Shown here piece by piece: positions 24,923-36,355 of a DNA stretch of 64,000 bases. Position numbers and translations under genes: made by a program. This DNA comes from Camelus ferus. Taxonomy: Eukaryota. Each line of letters opens with the position of its first letter. Within the stretch, counting starts at the first letter, position 1. The notes under the pieces are model-generated. The model was not told the origin of the DNA and made no database searches. It was given only the letters and a program-made list of their open reading frames with translations. The stretch is taken from the NCBI RefSeq assembly GCF_009834535.1, contig NC_045697.1:79672001-79736000 (forward strand), in the 5' to 3' direction.

Positions 24923-25393
24923 TGTCGACTGAAATAAATGAGCAGCCTAAAAGTTGAGAGTTGTTTTATTTGGCGGGAGGACTCCAGCCAGGATGACAGC
25001 CCCTCAGATCACTCTGAGGAAGTGCTCTGAAGAGGTAGAGGAGGAGCTAGGATATATAGGAGCTTTACGACAAAGACCAGGTTGTTGCAACATTAAAAGT
25101 TTACTTGTTATCTAAAGAAAACCAGGCATCTCAAGTTAAAGAATTTAGTGCTTTTCTGTGTATGGGGGGAAGAAAACATTTGGGCTCACTGAATTCATTC
25201 CTTTGACAAGCATCTAGCTGTCTAGGGCCAGTATCCTGTCCTTTTTATTCTGAGTCCCCTCAGAGTGCACCCTTGTGAGTGGCTGCAGAGGCTGGGCTGC
25301 AGGCCTGTCCTCACTGGGGGGTGGCGGCAGCTGCTGATGACTTGGTTTCAGCATTGTTTGTTTACTGATATGGTTGCAGTATTTTCGTTCACA
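24923..25393 (-). mobile_element. Solo ERV1-class LTR, copy B, inverted relative to copy A
   Basis: tgtcgactgaaataaa...gttcaca termini and its own 4-bp TSD gcaa (24919-24922, 25394-25397). Closely similar to the reverse complement of 21247-21744. Confidence 0.88.
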
Positions 25394-27359
25394 GCAACAA
25401 GACAAAGTGCTAACTTGAACACAATTTTTCTTGCTCAACATATAAATAATTAACCTTGGTAAACATCTTTGCAGCTTTTAATCTTTCTTTTCTTTCTCTA
25501 GATTTCTGTGGGCAGGGGGATGGCAGAGTCTAAGTCTCATAATAAACCTGTAACTCTGAGATCAGATTTAAGCATAAGGAGGGGGTTTATCAGGTGGCTA
25601 ATTCTTCTTATCCTGCATCATAGATGCTGATGCCTCAGATGTAAAGCTTGAAAGGAAAGTGTATTCTCTGTGAAAATGCTCTCACAATAAACTGAAAGTT
25701 TCTCTCTTTCTCTCCCCTCCCCTCTTTCCCTTCCCCTTCGTTTCTCCCTTCCTTCCACTTGGAAATGTAAGCAGCCTCAATTAACAATTAACTGTAATGA
25801 CTGAACAACTGCTGGGAAAAACATTAGAGATATTGGGAGAATCAGAATCTGTTTTTCTTCTCCTTTCTGTTTATTGTCACTTGTGGCCCTTGTGCCATGG
25901 TGGGAGCAGCCCTTGACTAGAAGTTCTATTATCTGGATTCCAGTGTTGGTTTTGATTTCTGTAGGAGTCTGTCTTCTCATTTTTGCAATAGTGGCATTAG
26001 GCATCTAAAGACCCTTTCAGCTCTGAACTCCTCCAATTTTATTGTCTATCAAAGATCTCTCTCTGTATAAGCTAATGTCAGGATTAATGGATTAATGAAG
26101 TCTCATATAAATAATAGTAAAATCGAACCTATAATTTTTTTTTTTACTTTCTCCTCTACCTTGTTTTGCTATAAACATTTGGGAGGTGGAGTAGGAGTGA
26201 TGGAAAGAGAAGATTACTCTGAGGAAATATAATTTAATTTGTTTCCTGGCATTTTGGGGTAACAATTTTTAATTAGGAAGGCAGAGTTGATATTCAGTAA
26301 TAAGCTCTATGTATTCAAACCTAATTTGTACATCAGATGTAATTTAGGTGACTTCAGACTATTTATATGAAATGGGAATGGGTTTTGGAAGCCCTTCTTT
26401 AGAGAAGCCTGAACTATAGTTTGCAGAATTTTCAGTCCATTGAAGTAATATTTATATTTAGCAAGGACTAGAGAACACATGTATAAGGTCATCTACATTG
26501 GACATCAGCCATTAAGGCCCCTCCCCTTTCTGGACAAGCCTTTCACTTATTGTTCTGGGAGGGGGGTTCAGGCTTGGTCTGCATCTCTTTGTTATGGCCT
26601 ATTCCTAATTGACAAGAAATGATATACTGTATTAGCTGCTTTGTCTATTTGTCTACCATGATCTCACCGACAGACAAGTATTTTCATTTCCAGTTAATAA
26701 TAAACTGAGTAAAAGACTTTTTCAGTTGTCAGACCTGCCAAACATAGTATTTTCTTTAATGTGGGTAAGTACAATCATCCATTAATTTGGAATTTTTCAA
26801 AAGTGCAAACATATTACCTCTTTGTGATAGGATAATGGGAAATTATTATGAAAACACTGAATGAATGCTACAGTGCATAAAAGGTATCCTCAACTTTAAG
26901 AGCCTAGGGCCATATAAACCCTAATTTTCTCTTTTATGTCCACCTCCTCCCTCATTGTTGGTGACCTCCGAATAGGTAGATCCCTGAGGTTTGATGAGCA
27001 GGGTAGTTGCTTGCATATGGCGGTTGGAAAGTGATTCCAAGGTTAAGGCTTAACATAGAAAAAGGAATGAAAATACAAAGCAAACCAAGCTGAGGTACAT
27101 AGTATAGAATAAACATACGGCTTGTAGAGGACATTAGAGGGAAAGAGAGGTAACACAGCCATCAGTGGACTGGTGGGGATGACACCTCGCCTTTGAGGAA
27201 TAGGATTTAGTGCAGGGAGCTCTCCTTCTCAGGGCTGATTACCTTTTAGGAAAAGGTAGCTTACTGAAAAAGGCAATGCTGTAGTGAAAGTGAGCATTCT
27301 CAGATCAAGAGTGTGATATCCAAGTTTTTTATACAAGTTATTACATAATATTCAACCAT

Positions 27360-27720
27360 GTACCAGTCAGAATGGGCTAGGTTATACTGAATAACAAGGA
27401 CAAAACTTACTGACTTAAAACCACAAAGATTTGTCTTTTTCTCATACCACATGTGCATCTTGGGTTGGTGGGGCCCCTGCTCCACATTGCCCTCATTCAA
27501 GGCAGAGGCTGGCAGAGCTTTGACCATCTACGGTATTGCTGTCTACCATGGCACTGGGAAGCAATAGGGTGAAATGGGTACTGATTATCAAAGGCTTTTC
27601 CTTGGAAGCGAGAAATGTTACTTCTACTCATACTTCATTGGCCAGAGCAAATGCAGGAAAAGGGCAGTCCCACCTTGTTTCCAGAAGGAGGAGAACCAGA
27701 AATATTGGTGAATTGCACCA
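27360..27720. mobile_element. Old MaLR LTR (MLT1J/K/L-like)
   Basis: tgtaccagtcagaatgggctaggttata...cttaaaaccacaaagattt...acttctactcatacttcattggccagagca resembles old MLT1 LTRs. Boundaries approximate. Confidence 0.65.
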
Positions 27721-27799
27721 ACCTCAACCAAAAGGAGCAACATTTATTTCCAATTACTGTTTAGTATCAAGATTTCAGAAAAATGGACATAGTGACTAA

Positions 27800-29200
27800 T
27801 CACGAAAGTTATTTAATAAATCCCTGGATCTGGGTTCTCTCGTTCGTTCTCTTTCTTTCTTTTGATTTTGCAAAAGGAATCCAATCTATTCAATGTAGTA
27901 GTCTGTGGGATTCTGGAAAGAGGCAATATTGGTCAGGTCTCAACACTCTTGGCATCCCACAACTGGGACGCCTACTAGATGCATTACGATGTTCACTCTC
28001 TGTAAACCCACGACAGCCCCACATGTCACTTACCCTGTCAAAAAAACCCCAAAAAACAAAAAAACAGTTCTCCTCCAAACCAAGGAGGACTGGGTGATAG
28101 CTAATGATGGAGTCCACCAAATGCAGCAGTGCTAAGTGGAGATGGAGTGGGGAGCGTAACGGGCTGCTGTTTCTTATCGGTAACTGTATAGCCATCACTC
28201 GGAGAAGTATATCTGAGAATGCTACCAGATACGGCAGTTTGAGGAGCCATTTAAGATTCAGCCATTCAGATTTAAGAAACGGAAGTTTTATTTTCTGAAA
28301 ATATCTCTTAATTGCAAATTATCACTAAGGCAAAATGTATTTCCTTTGAAAGGGGTAAAATAATTCAACACGAGTACAATAGCAGACACAGGAACCCACT
28401 CTCTTCCCCTAAGGAGTCTGTTCAGCAGACTTCAGTTTGAGAAATACAATGTTATATCCTATGGTATTTATAATATAAGTGATGGAGGTATTATAATGCC
28501 TGTTTTGTAGACGAGGCACCCAGGCTCTGGGAGATGAAGTAACGTTTCCTGAGTAGCGCAGAGCTTTGCAGGTCTGGCCTCGAAGTGCACGTGCTCACCC
28601 ACACCTTCCCCTAGCTTGCCACACGCCTGGGCACGCGGGATACCTGACCCCTGGGGCCGTAGGTGGGTCAGGAGACAGCGACTGGGGGAGTGTTGGTGTG
28701 GCTCAATCAGTTGGACTCGGAGGTGACTGACTGATTTCGGCACTCTGAAAGAGTCGTGCTCAGAATCTTACCAGAAAAAAGAAGTATTTTTAAATTAGCG
28801 GTTTTCTGGGCTTTTGCCACAGAAGCCAAGCTATTGTTGTTTTTCCTGGGCTGGGAGAGGAGCCGTGTCAGAGGCTGGAAGCCAGGAGTATCCCAGAAGA
28901 TGAAGACCAGAACCCTTCCTGGAAAAGAGCCCTTGCCCGACAGAGCTGGTCTGATGCTCGGATGTGGTGGGGCGGAGGGCGAGGGGGGTGGCTTTTATGA
29001 GCCGGAGCGCTGGGGAAATGGACCGGCTGAGTGATAACGCCCTAAGTGCTGCTGAAGTCAGAACAGGGGTGTAAATAGCAGGGCCTGTGACGATTCTTGT
29101 AAGTTGAAGACCTCCTATAATTTGATTAAGGCACAGACAGCTAATGGACCTTTAAAGGAGTGCTTAAAGCTAATCAAACGAGGAAGACGGCACTTGGGGA
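27800..29200. promoter_or_regulatory. CpG-enriched promoter/enhancer-like island
   Basis: About 25 CpGs counted by eye in 28510-29190, against a CpG-depleted background. E-box CACGTG 28588-28593, STAT site TTCCTGGAA 28916-28924, GC box near 28970, TGATAA 29032-29037. Confidence 0.65.
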
Positions 29201-29384
29201 GAATTAAACAGCAAATAGGGTGAAACTGTCAGTCAACCAGATGCAGCTGTCCATTATTCACCATTCCTAACTTAGAAATGAATTAGGTCTACATCATTTA
29301 TTCACCACAAACAATATCAGACCAAGTAATTTGGGGATTTGGAACAGGGAAAAAAAAATCTACTTTTTCTTAAAACTGACTACT

Positions 29385-29575
29385 AAACAGTGCCAGGTAC
29401 TATGCCAGACACAGATTGTTGATTGGCTCCTCAGGACAACCTTATGAAGTAGGTATTATGATTCCATTTTATGGGAAAGCAGACTGAAGCCTAAAGAGAG
29501 TAAGTAATTTCCCCCATGGGGATACGGCTGGAAGGTGGTGATGCTAAATTTCAGATATCTGCTTTCCTCTGAAGT
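29385..29575 (-). mobile_element. MIR SINE
   Basis: Reverse MIR core acaaccttatgaagtaggtattatgattccattttatgggaaagcagactgaagcctaaagagagtaagtaatt. Confidence 0.7.
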
Positions 29576-32415
29576 ACACCTGCGTAGGTGGTTATTTTCC
29601 GTGGATCAATTCTTTTAAGTTGAAGAATTTTATCTTTTTGAGTCTCTATTCACCCCTCATTTCTAGACTACCTTCCCCAGTTAACACTGTTAAGAAACCG
29701 ATGCAGAAACAGTAAAGCAGTGTTTCCTCTGGAATGATTCACTCTTCCAAATGGGTGCTGCTGGCTTGTTAAGTCCGTATTATCTTCCACATAATTTTGT
29801 ATGCCCTTTGGGAGTAGGAGCCATAGCTAAACAGTTATTTAATCCCCATTATTATTCTTAGTGTGGTGCCCTTCAATTAATGGCTGATTTTATGAAGTGT
29901 AGTTATTTTATGGTTAGGCATTTTATGTAGCTCATTAACTGATGACATATGCCCAAAATTTTAATGAAAATCTTTGCTTTGGGATCCTGCTATCAAATAA
30001 GGTCCTTATAGTTTGTTCTGTGTTACACCAAAAAATGACTAGAATCATTTAACTATGCTATGATAAGCTTAAGATATGAACAAGGGAAGCATGCAGGCAT
30101 CTGGAGCAAAGCCACAGGAAATGGGCACTGAAATCTGCACAATTGAAGGTTATAATTTTATTGTTTCCAGATGATGAGAAAGTATATATTTAGCATAGGT
30201 GTTATACTGATAAAGTCAAAAATATTAATTCATAAAATGAAAAAAAGGGTATAATTTATAATAATTAGCAGAGAGCTTGTGGGAAGAAATGAAAAGCACA
30301 CAGGGCAAAGCCTGTCAGGTAGATTTGGATTCACACCCAGGCTCTCTCACTAACAGCCGTGTCACCTACAGCAATTGAAATAATCACTTTGAAACTAACT
30401 TTTAAAGATTTCTTACTTGGAGTTTGCAATTCTAGCTTGTAAGATTGTTCTGAGGACCAAACGTGTGAAACAGCTAGACCTAAGCAGGCCCTCAGTAGAC
30501 AGTAATTACTATTATCATAACTGAAGCCCAACACTCAGGACTATTTTAATAAGTTGGGGAACCTAATGAAGATGCCATGTTTTCTGTTTTTCTGGAGAAC
30601 ACATTGTGGCAAATAGGGGGATCTGACGATATCTTCCAACCTCATGATGAGGTTTAAAATTTCTGGTCTCAGAAAGTGCTCAGAGACACTCTCCCCTCGT
30701 TAACCCTGGTCACCCCTGGTTGACCCTGGTCATTGTATTACATGCATTTCCTAATGTCACAGGCAGACCCATGATGATCAATTTCCTCTTCACACTTTTC
30801 TGCCCAAATTAGAAATCAGAGTAGGGAAAGATGGGAAATGGAGATTTTTTGGGGGGGTAGGTTATGACACAGGATTAAATGTGTGCCATTTGCCTTGAGT
30901 AACTGGGCAATAACAATCGACAAGGCTGCTTGAGGGGCTGGCAGCTGCCTTTTGCCTATTTACTAAAAATCAGCACCTTGGAGAAGTCATATATATATGT
31001 GTAGATGTATACCCTGTGTTTACTTTCTATGGTTCATTTTTGTGAAAATTGATGGAAGTTTTTAACTGTTTGGATTAAAGTTGAACATATTTGTTATTTG
31101 TGTTTGAGCAATTTTAAGTAACAATAATTAGTCATTAAAACTGGCCCTGGTGAATAGAGAGACAGACAGATCAATGTGCCAAGATGGAATCCAGAAAGAT
31201 ATCCAATTATATGATACATGTGTAACTGGCTTGATTCAATGAAAGGGTTACACACAGGAAACAGCTTTAATTTTCTCTCAACGTTTCATTCAAGCTCTGT
31301 CATCTCTCTTTCCTGGCCCTGGATAGCATCTCAAGTCAGCCGATAGTGTTTTGTTCACTTTCATGTGACCAAATGGTCTCATTTTCAGACCTTAAAAAGT
31401 CTAGTGTGTGTACATTGGTGCTGTCTCCTTTTAGCTCAGGTCTGACTTTTGGTTAAATTTGTAATCAGCATGGGGTGAGGAGTATGGGCTGTTCTTTTAC
31501 TCTTGTTGCCTCACATTCTCCTCACTTTTGGATCTTCTAGGGCTAATTACTCTTTCAAATGTTAAGGTGCATGCCATACAAAAGTCTTTAATTTTCGCAT
31601 ACCTCAATTGAGCATTCCTTTCCTTTAAATATGACAGAAAAAGGAACAAAGGCTCAATATTTAATAGGCAACTCAATAAAGAAGAAATGCAGTTGATCAG
31701 AAAGCGTAACTATGATTACATGTTCAGTCTAACAAATGACTTGCTGTTTGGTCTCCATTAAATATTCCCTTCCTTTCCTCACAAATTTTATAAGCTTGAT
31801 TCCTTTTCCCTCAGGTCTTCACTCTAATGCCCCTCAACTCAGTAACCTTCTGTGTCACTGCTTACCTGTCTGCCTCTGTTCATATAGAAGCTTTTTAAGA
31901 AAATTATTTGACAAGTACACAAAGATATATGCACATGGTTGTTTATCAAAAATACTATATGTGATAGAGAAAGTTATTAGCAAGTGAAATGTTCATTAAT
32001 AAATAGAAAATTGATATATTGTGGTACATCCAAGCGACCAAATATTCTGCTGTCACTAAAAATAGATCTGTATTTCTTGAGAGAGAAAAAAGTTTGATAC
32101 TGTAGGGGGAAGAATAAAATTATAAATAAGTATGTGTAATATGACCTACAAGGATATTTACCAAAATATTGACAGCACTTAATTCTTTAGTCATTTTATG
32201 GGTCATTTTACTTAATTTAAATGGCCTAATTCATTTTTCGAATTTTTTATACTGAACATGGGTTATTTTGATAACTAGCTAGTACAGATTAAAATTAGTC
32301 ATAATTTTCTTTTCCAATATTATTTAATGAATCAAATGAGAAGAAAACAGATGAAGTAATTTCTTTGTAAATTCCTTTTTCCTTTGTTTTCCTGAGATTT
32401 TCTTAATTCTTTTAC

Positions 32416-32430
32416 TGCCACCTAGTGGAT
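32416..32430 (-). promoter_or_regulatory. CTCF-like motif
   Basis: tgccacctagtggat, identical to 20933-20947. Confidence 0.5.
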
Positions 32431-32522
32431 GAGGAATTGTTTGCTTTTTTACTGTTTGAGAGTATAGCTTGTTTTTTCCCCTCAAAGATAGCTCCTTCTA
32501 TTAAAGAGTTTAAAAAAATCAC

Positions 32523-34028
32523 CAGTGGTGTACTGGTAAATGTCTAACAACCAGCTCTCCAAAAAACTGTATATATCTATAAATTTTTAACAAATTTTAC
32601 TCACATAAAAGATGCACACAATTTATGTAAAGGTAGCACACAATTTACAAGTAATAATAAAATAGGAAGTACTTTTAAAGCTATATATCTAATTAATTAT
32701 GACAAAATACTTCAATTGATTTTTGCTGAGCTCACATGTCTATAGCTAACCAATGGCTGCAGTTGAACCATGATTATTTCTTAACTGAAGTATAGTTGAT
32801 TTACAATATTGTGTTAGTTTCAGATGTACAACAAAATGATTTAATTTTATATATATGTGTATATATTATATTTTCAGATTATTTTCCCTTATAGGTTATT
32901 ACAAGCTGTTGAATATAGTTTCCTCTGCTATACAGTAAATCACTGTTGCTTATCTATTTATATATAGTAGTTTGTACGCATTAATTTCATACTCCTAATT
33001 TATTCCTCCCCACTTCCCTTCCCTCTCTGGTAACCATACATTTGTTTTCAATGTCTGTGAGTCTCTTATTATTTTGTATATAGATTCATTTGTATTATTT
33101 TTTAGACTTCACATACAAGTGATATCATATAGTATTTGTCTTTCTCTCACTTACTGCACTAAGTACAATATTCTCTAGGTCCATGCATAGCTGCAGTTGG
33201 CATTATGCCATTCTTTTTTATGGCTGAGTAATATTCCACTGTATATATATCACATCTTCTTGAGCCAGTTGTCTGTTGTTGGGCACTTGGGTTGTTTCCA
33301 TGTCTTAGCTATTGTAAATAATGCTGCTATGAACATTGGAGTGTATGTATCTTTTCCAGATACATACCCAGGAGTGGGATTGCTGAATCATATGGTAGTT
33401 CAATTTTTAGTTTTTTAAGGCACCACCATACTATTCTCCATAGTAGCTGTACCAATTTACATTCTCACCAGCTATGTAGGAGGGTTTCCTTTTCTCTGCA
33501 TCCTTGCCAGCATTTATTATTTGGAGGCTTTTTGATGATAGCCATTCTAAATGGTGTGAAGTTCAACTTCATTGTGAGTTCAACCATGATTTGACATATA
33601 AGAGTTGTATCCCAGTCCACTAACTCTCTTCCCAATTATGTATGATCTACTGTATCATTCAATTCAAAACTCAGTCTTAGTGCTATATCAAGCCCTTATG
33701 GGTAGCACTTGTAAATTTCCATTGTGTAAATATTCCCACCATGGTCAATCTCAGTCTACCAATGTGACATCACTGAACATGGATTTGGGAAATGACGCAC
33801 AATAGCATACCATTATATATTTTCACTATACAGATATGATAGGCATTGGTAATAGTAAAATGTAGTAAACATAGTAAAATAAACATCAAGCGATAAGTTT
33901 GAGGTGTACATTTATCTTTACTTTTAATATAATGTATTTAATTGTAAATTTGTTAATAACTGGCTTGCAGAATTCTTGAAAATTGAACGCTTGGCTCTTG
34001 CAAGCCTGTGTGAGCCAGTGCACCACTG
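32523..34028. mobile_element. MER63-like hAT DNA transposon, interrupted by an L1
   Basis: TIRs cagtggtgtactgg (from 32523) and ccagtgcaccactg (ending 34028). The start cagtggtgtactggtaaatgtctaacaaccagctctcc resembles MER63. Confidence 0.75.
32776..33576 (-). mobile_element. 5'-truncated L1 3' end inserted in the MER63-like element
   Basis: L1 3'UTR/ORF2-end motifs. 15-bp TSD agttSaaccatgatt at 32761-32775 and 33577-33591. Confidence 0.92.
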
Positions 34029-34171
34029 AATGTTGCTGTTATTTTTGCTTTCTGAGTTATCTTTATTGTTCTAGGAAAACTGCAGAACTATGAAAGAGAA
34101 CCATTCTTTCTGTTTCTAATCTGTATTTGTGCAGCATATTATGGCATGTTATATTGTTATCTACCTCTAGT

Positions 34172-34240
34172 ACATGTTAAGGAAGAGTAATTGCTTCCTT
34201 AACATGCACTAATTAGGGAGATTACTCTTCCTTAACATGT
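34172..34240. repeat. Perfect 20-bp inverted repeat with a third internal arm
   Basis: acatgttaaggaagagtaat (34172-34191) is the exact reverse complement of attactcttccttaacatgt (34221-34240). cttccttaacatg (34194-34206) also pairs with arm 1. Confidence 0.9.
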
Positions 34241-34414
34241 GTGTTTTAAGCCCTTGAGCTTCTTGTTTAAAAAAAAAAGGAAGAAAGCATAAAAGAGATA
34301 CACAAAGTTCTCAATTATCAAGTGAAATTATTACCATGCAGATACAATTATCTGAACTAAAATATCTTGTGGAGATGCTTTTGTAATGTAATCCTTTTAC
34401 TTTTTAAATTGTTT

Positions 34415-34795
34415 CTTGATGTTGTCTCATTTGACCTTCTTAACAACCCTGTTTAGGGGGATATTATTACTCTCATTTTGCAGGTTAGGAAATGGAGATA
34501 CAGTGAGGTTAAGTGACTTGACCAAGGTCAAAAGAGATTAGGAGAGATATAATAATAAATATTACAGAGCAGCAACAGTCACTATAGGAAACTTTGGCTG
34601 ACCACTGGAGATGTATTAAGCATTATTCTAAATACATTGCAGGTAGTGTTTCATTTAATCCATTCAACAACCTTATAAATCTCCATTTTTCAAGTAAGGA
34701 AACTAGACCAGAGAGGTAGAGCAATTTGCCCAAGATTATAAAAGAACTGGGGAACATGGGATTCACAGCCGGGTGTGTCTGACCCTTGAGTCTAA
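34415..34795 (-). mobile_element. Two adjacent MIR fragments
   Basis: Reverse MIR cores cattttgcaggttaggaaatggagatacagtgaggttaagtgacttgaccaaggtca and catttttcaagtaaggaaactagaccagagagg. Confidence 0.7.
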
Positions 34796-36310
34796 CTTCA
34801 AGAGGTGCTATAATCTCCCGCCCCCCATTTCTAATCTGTACTCTGCATATGCAGATAAGGAACTAGAAATGCAGTTTAGTGTTCTACCCACTCCTCGGGC
34901 AGGTATAGCTTATTATAGCTTGAATATTGCAAAAGTAGTTCCAGGAAAATATCATTAAATACAACCTTTCTCCTTAAACAGGATTGTTTTTCCTTTTTAT
35001 TTTTTAAAATTTCTGTTATTTTAAGAGGCTGTGGGAGATTTTTAGCATCTTTCCTATAAGTAAAGAAATTGTGATGAATAGCTTTAAAAATTTTTTCCAA
35101 ATATGGATTAAAGGTATTTCTAAAACAAAGATACTATTCTGATTTCTGTTTTTCTGGTTTTAACTGTGTCTATACTTTTTTTCTCCTTTTCCTTCCTCTG
35201 AGAATTTCGATCTGCTCTGCTCACCCTTGACCTCGCCTGAGAGTCTTCTCATCCAAGATTTAATGTGTAGAGTAATTTCTCTTCTTTTAACATTTTAATA
35301 CTCAGCAGAAAAATGCACCATAGCTATTCTTTATAATAAATGAAAACTAATTTCTTACAGCACATATACTCTATCATATCACATCTTTATGGGGTCTTGT
35401 TTGTTGATTCTGGTTGCATGTGAGTTTCTCTCTGCTAACTTGTTAAACTTAATATTCTGGTGTTTTGGGGATTGCATATTTTTAAACAATTAGTCACTCA
35501 GTAGTACAGTTTCATTGTTCTCAGCTACATATGTTCCTATTTTGCATCATTCTAGAAAAAAGTAAAGTGCAGAATTCAAGTATTTGATTCTATGTGAAAC
35601 TCAAGGACCAGAGTTCTTTTCTGATGTTCCAAGGAGGGAGTTGTTCACAGTGAGGGCCACCCTGCCTGTCATCCCCCAAGCCTCCTCACATGGAAGTGAT
35701 GAGAATCCCATTAGTTTGCTGAGAAGATTACGTATGTTTAGTTCACATTAATTTAAGAGCTTTGACATTAGTATTTCTCATATGGGATCCTTTCTGATAG
35801 ATACTAATTTCCTATTAAGGAAATTGAGCTTTTGACATTCTCTAGAGGTCTAATCCCTGGCTCTCTACTCTGCTAGAAGGTAGTTCTTTTGCTTGATTGG
35901 CACAAATGCCTGCCCCTTGAATTTTGATAAGGATTATTACTGAGGGTTTGGTGGTCTGATATTAAGCATTTCATACATTGTGAAAATAAATAGGAACTAG
36001 CCACAGAGATCTTACCTACCTTGTTCAAATATCCCAATATTTCAGATTTCTGTTAGGTGGTTAAAATTACACAAACAGATATTTTCTTCTTTCATATAAA
36101 TGTAACCTCTCTGCCCACCCCGACTCAGAGCCTAGAGAACAGGATAGGTTGGCACTTTATAGACTAAGAAAAATGCAGCAATTTCTGTCCATATTTTAAA
36201 CACAAACAGGATTTCATTACTTAATTACTATTGCCATGTGAGTAATTTGGTTCCTTTTTATGGAATTACATTTGCCACTTGCTATTTATACCTTTTTCCC
36301 TCCCATTTCT

Positions 36311-36355
36311 TTCCTTCCTTCCTTCCTTCCTTCCTTCCTTCCTTCCTTCCTTCCT
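36311..36355. repeat. (TTCC)n tetranucleotide microsatellite
   Basis: About 11 perfect TTCC units. Confidence 0.95.

Noticed and set aside
21247..25393. LTR pair as a single provirus or a DNA transposon with long TIRs
   Set aside because: The LTRs are inverted, each has its own TSD, and the spacer is ordinary genomic DNA with old L1/L2/MIR relics and no gag, pol or transposase.
27783..28298. Several overlapping ORFs on both strands
   Set aside because: Explained by locally higher GC; none resembles a protein I recognise.
30701..30732. Three tandem ccctggt-containing 10-bp units
   Set aside because: Short slippage-type repeat with no spacers; not CRISPR-like.
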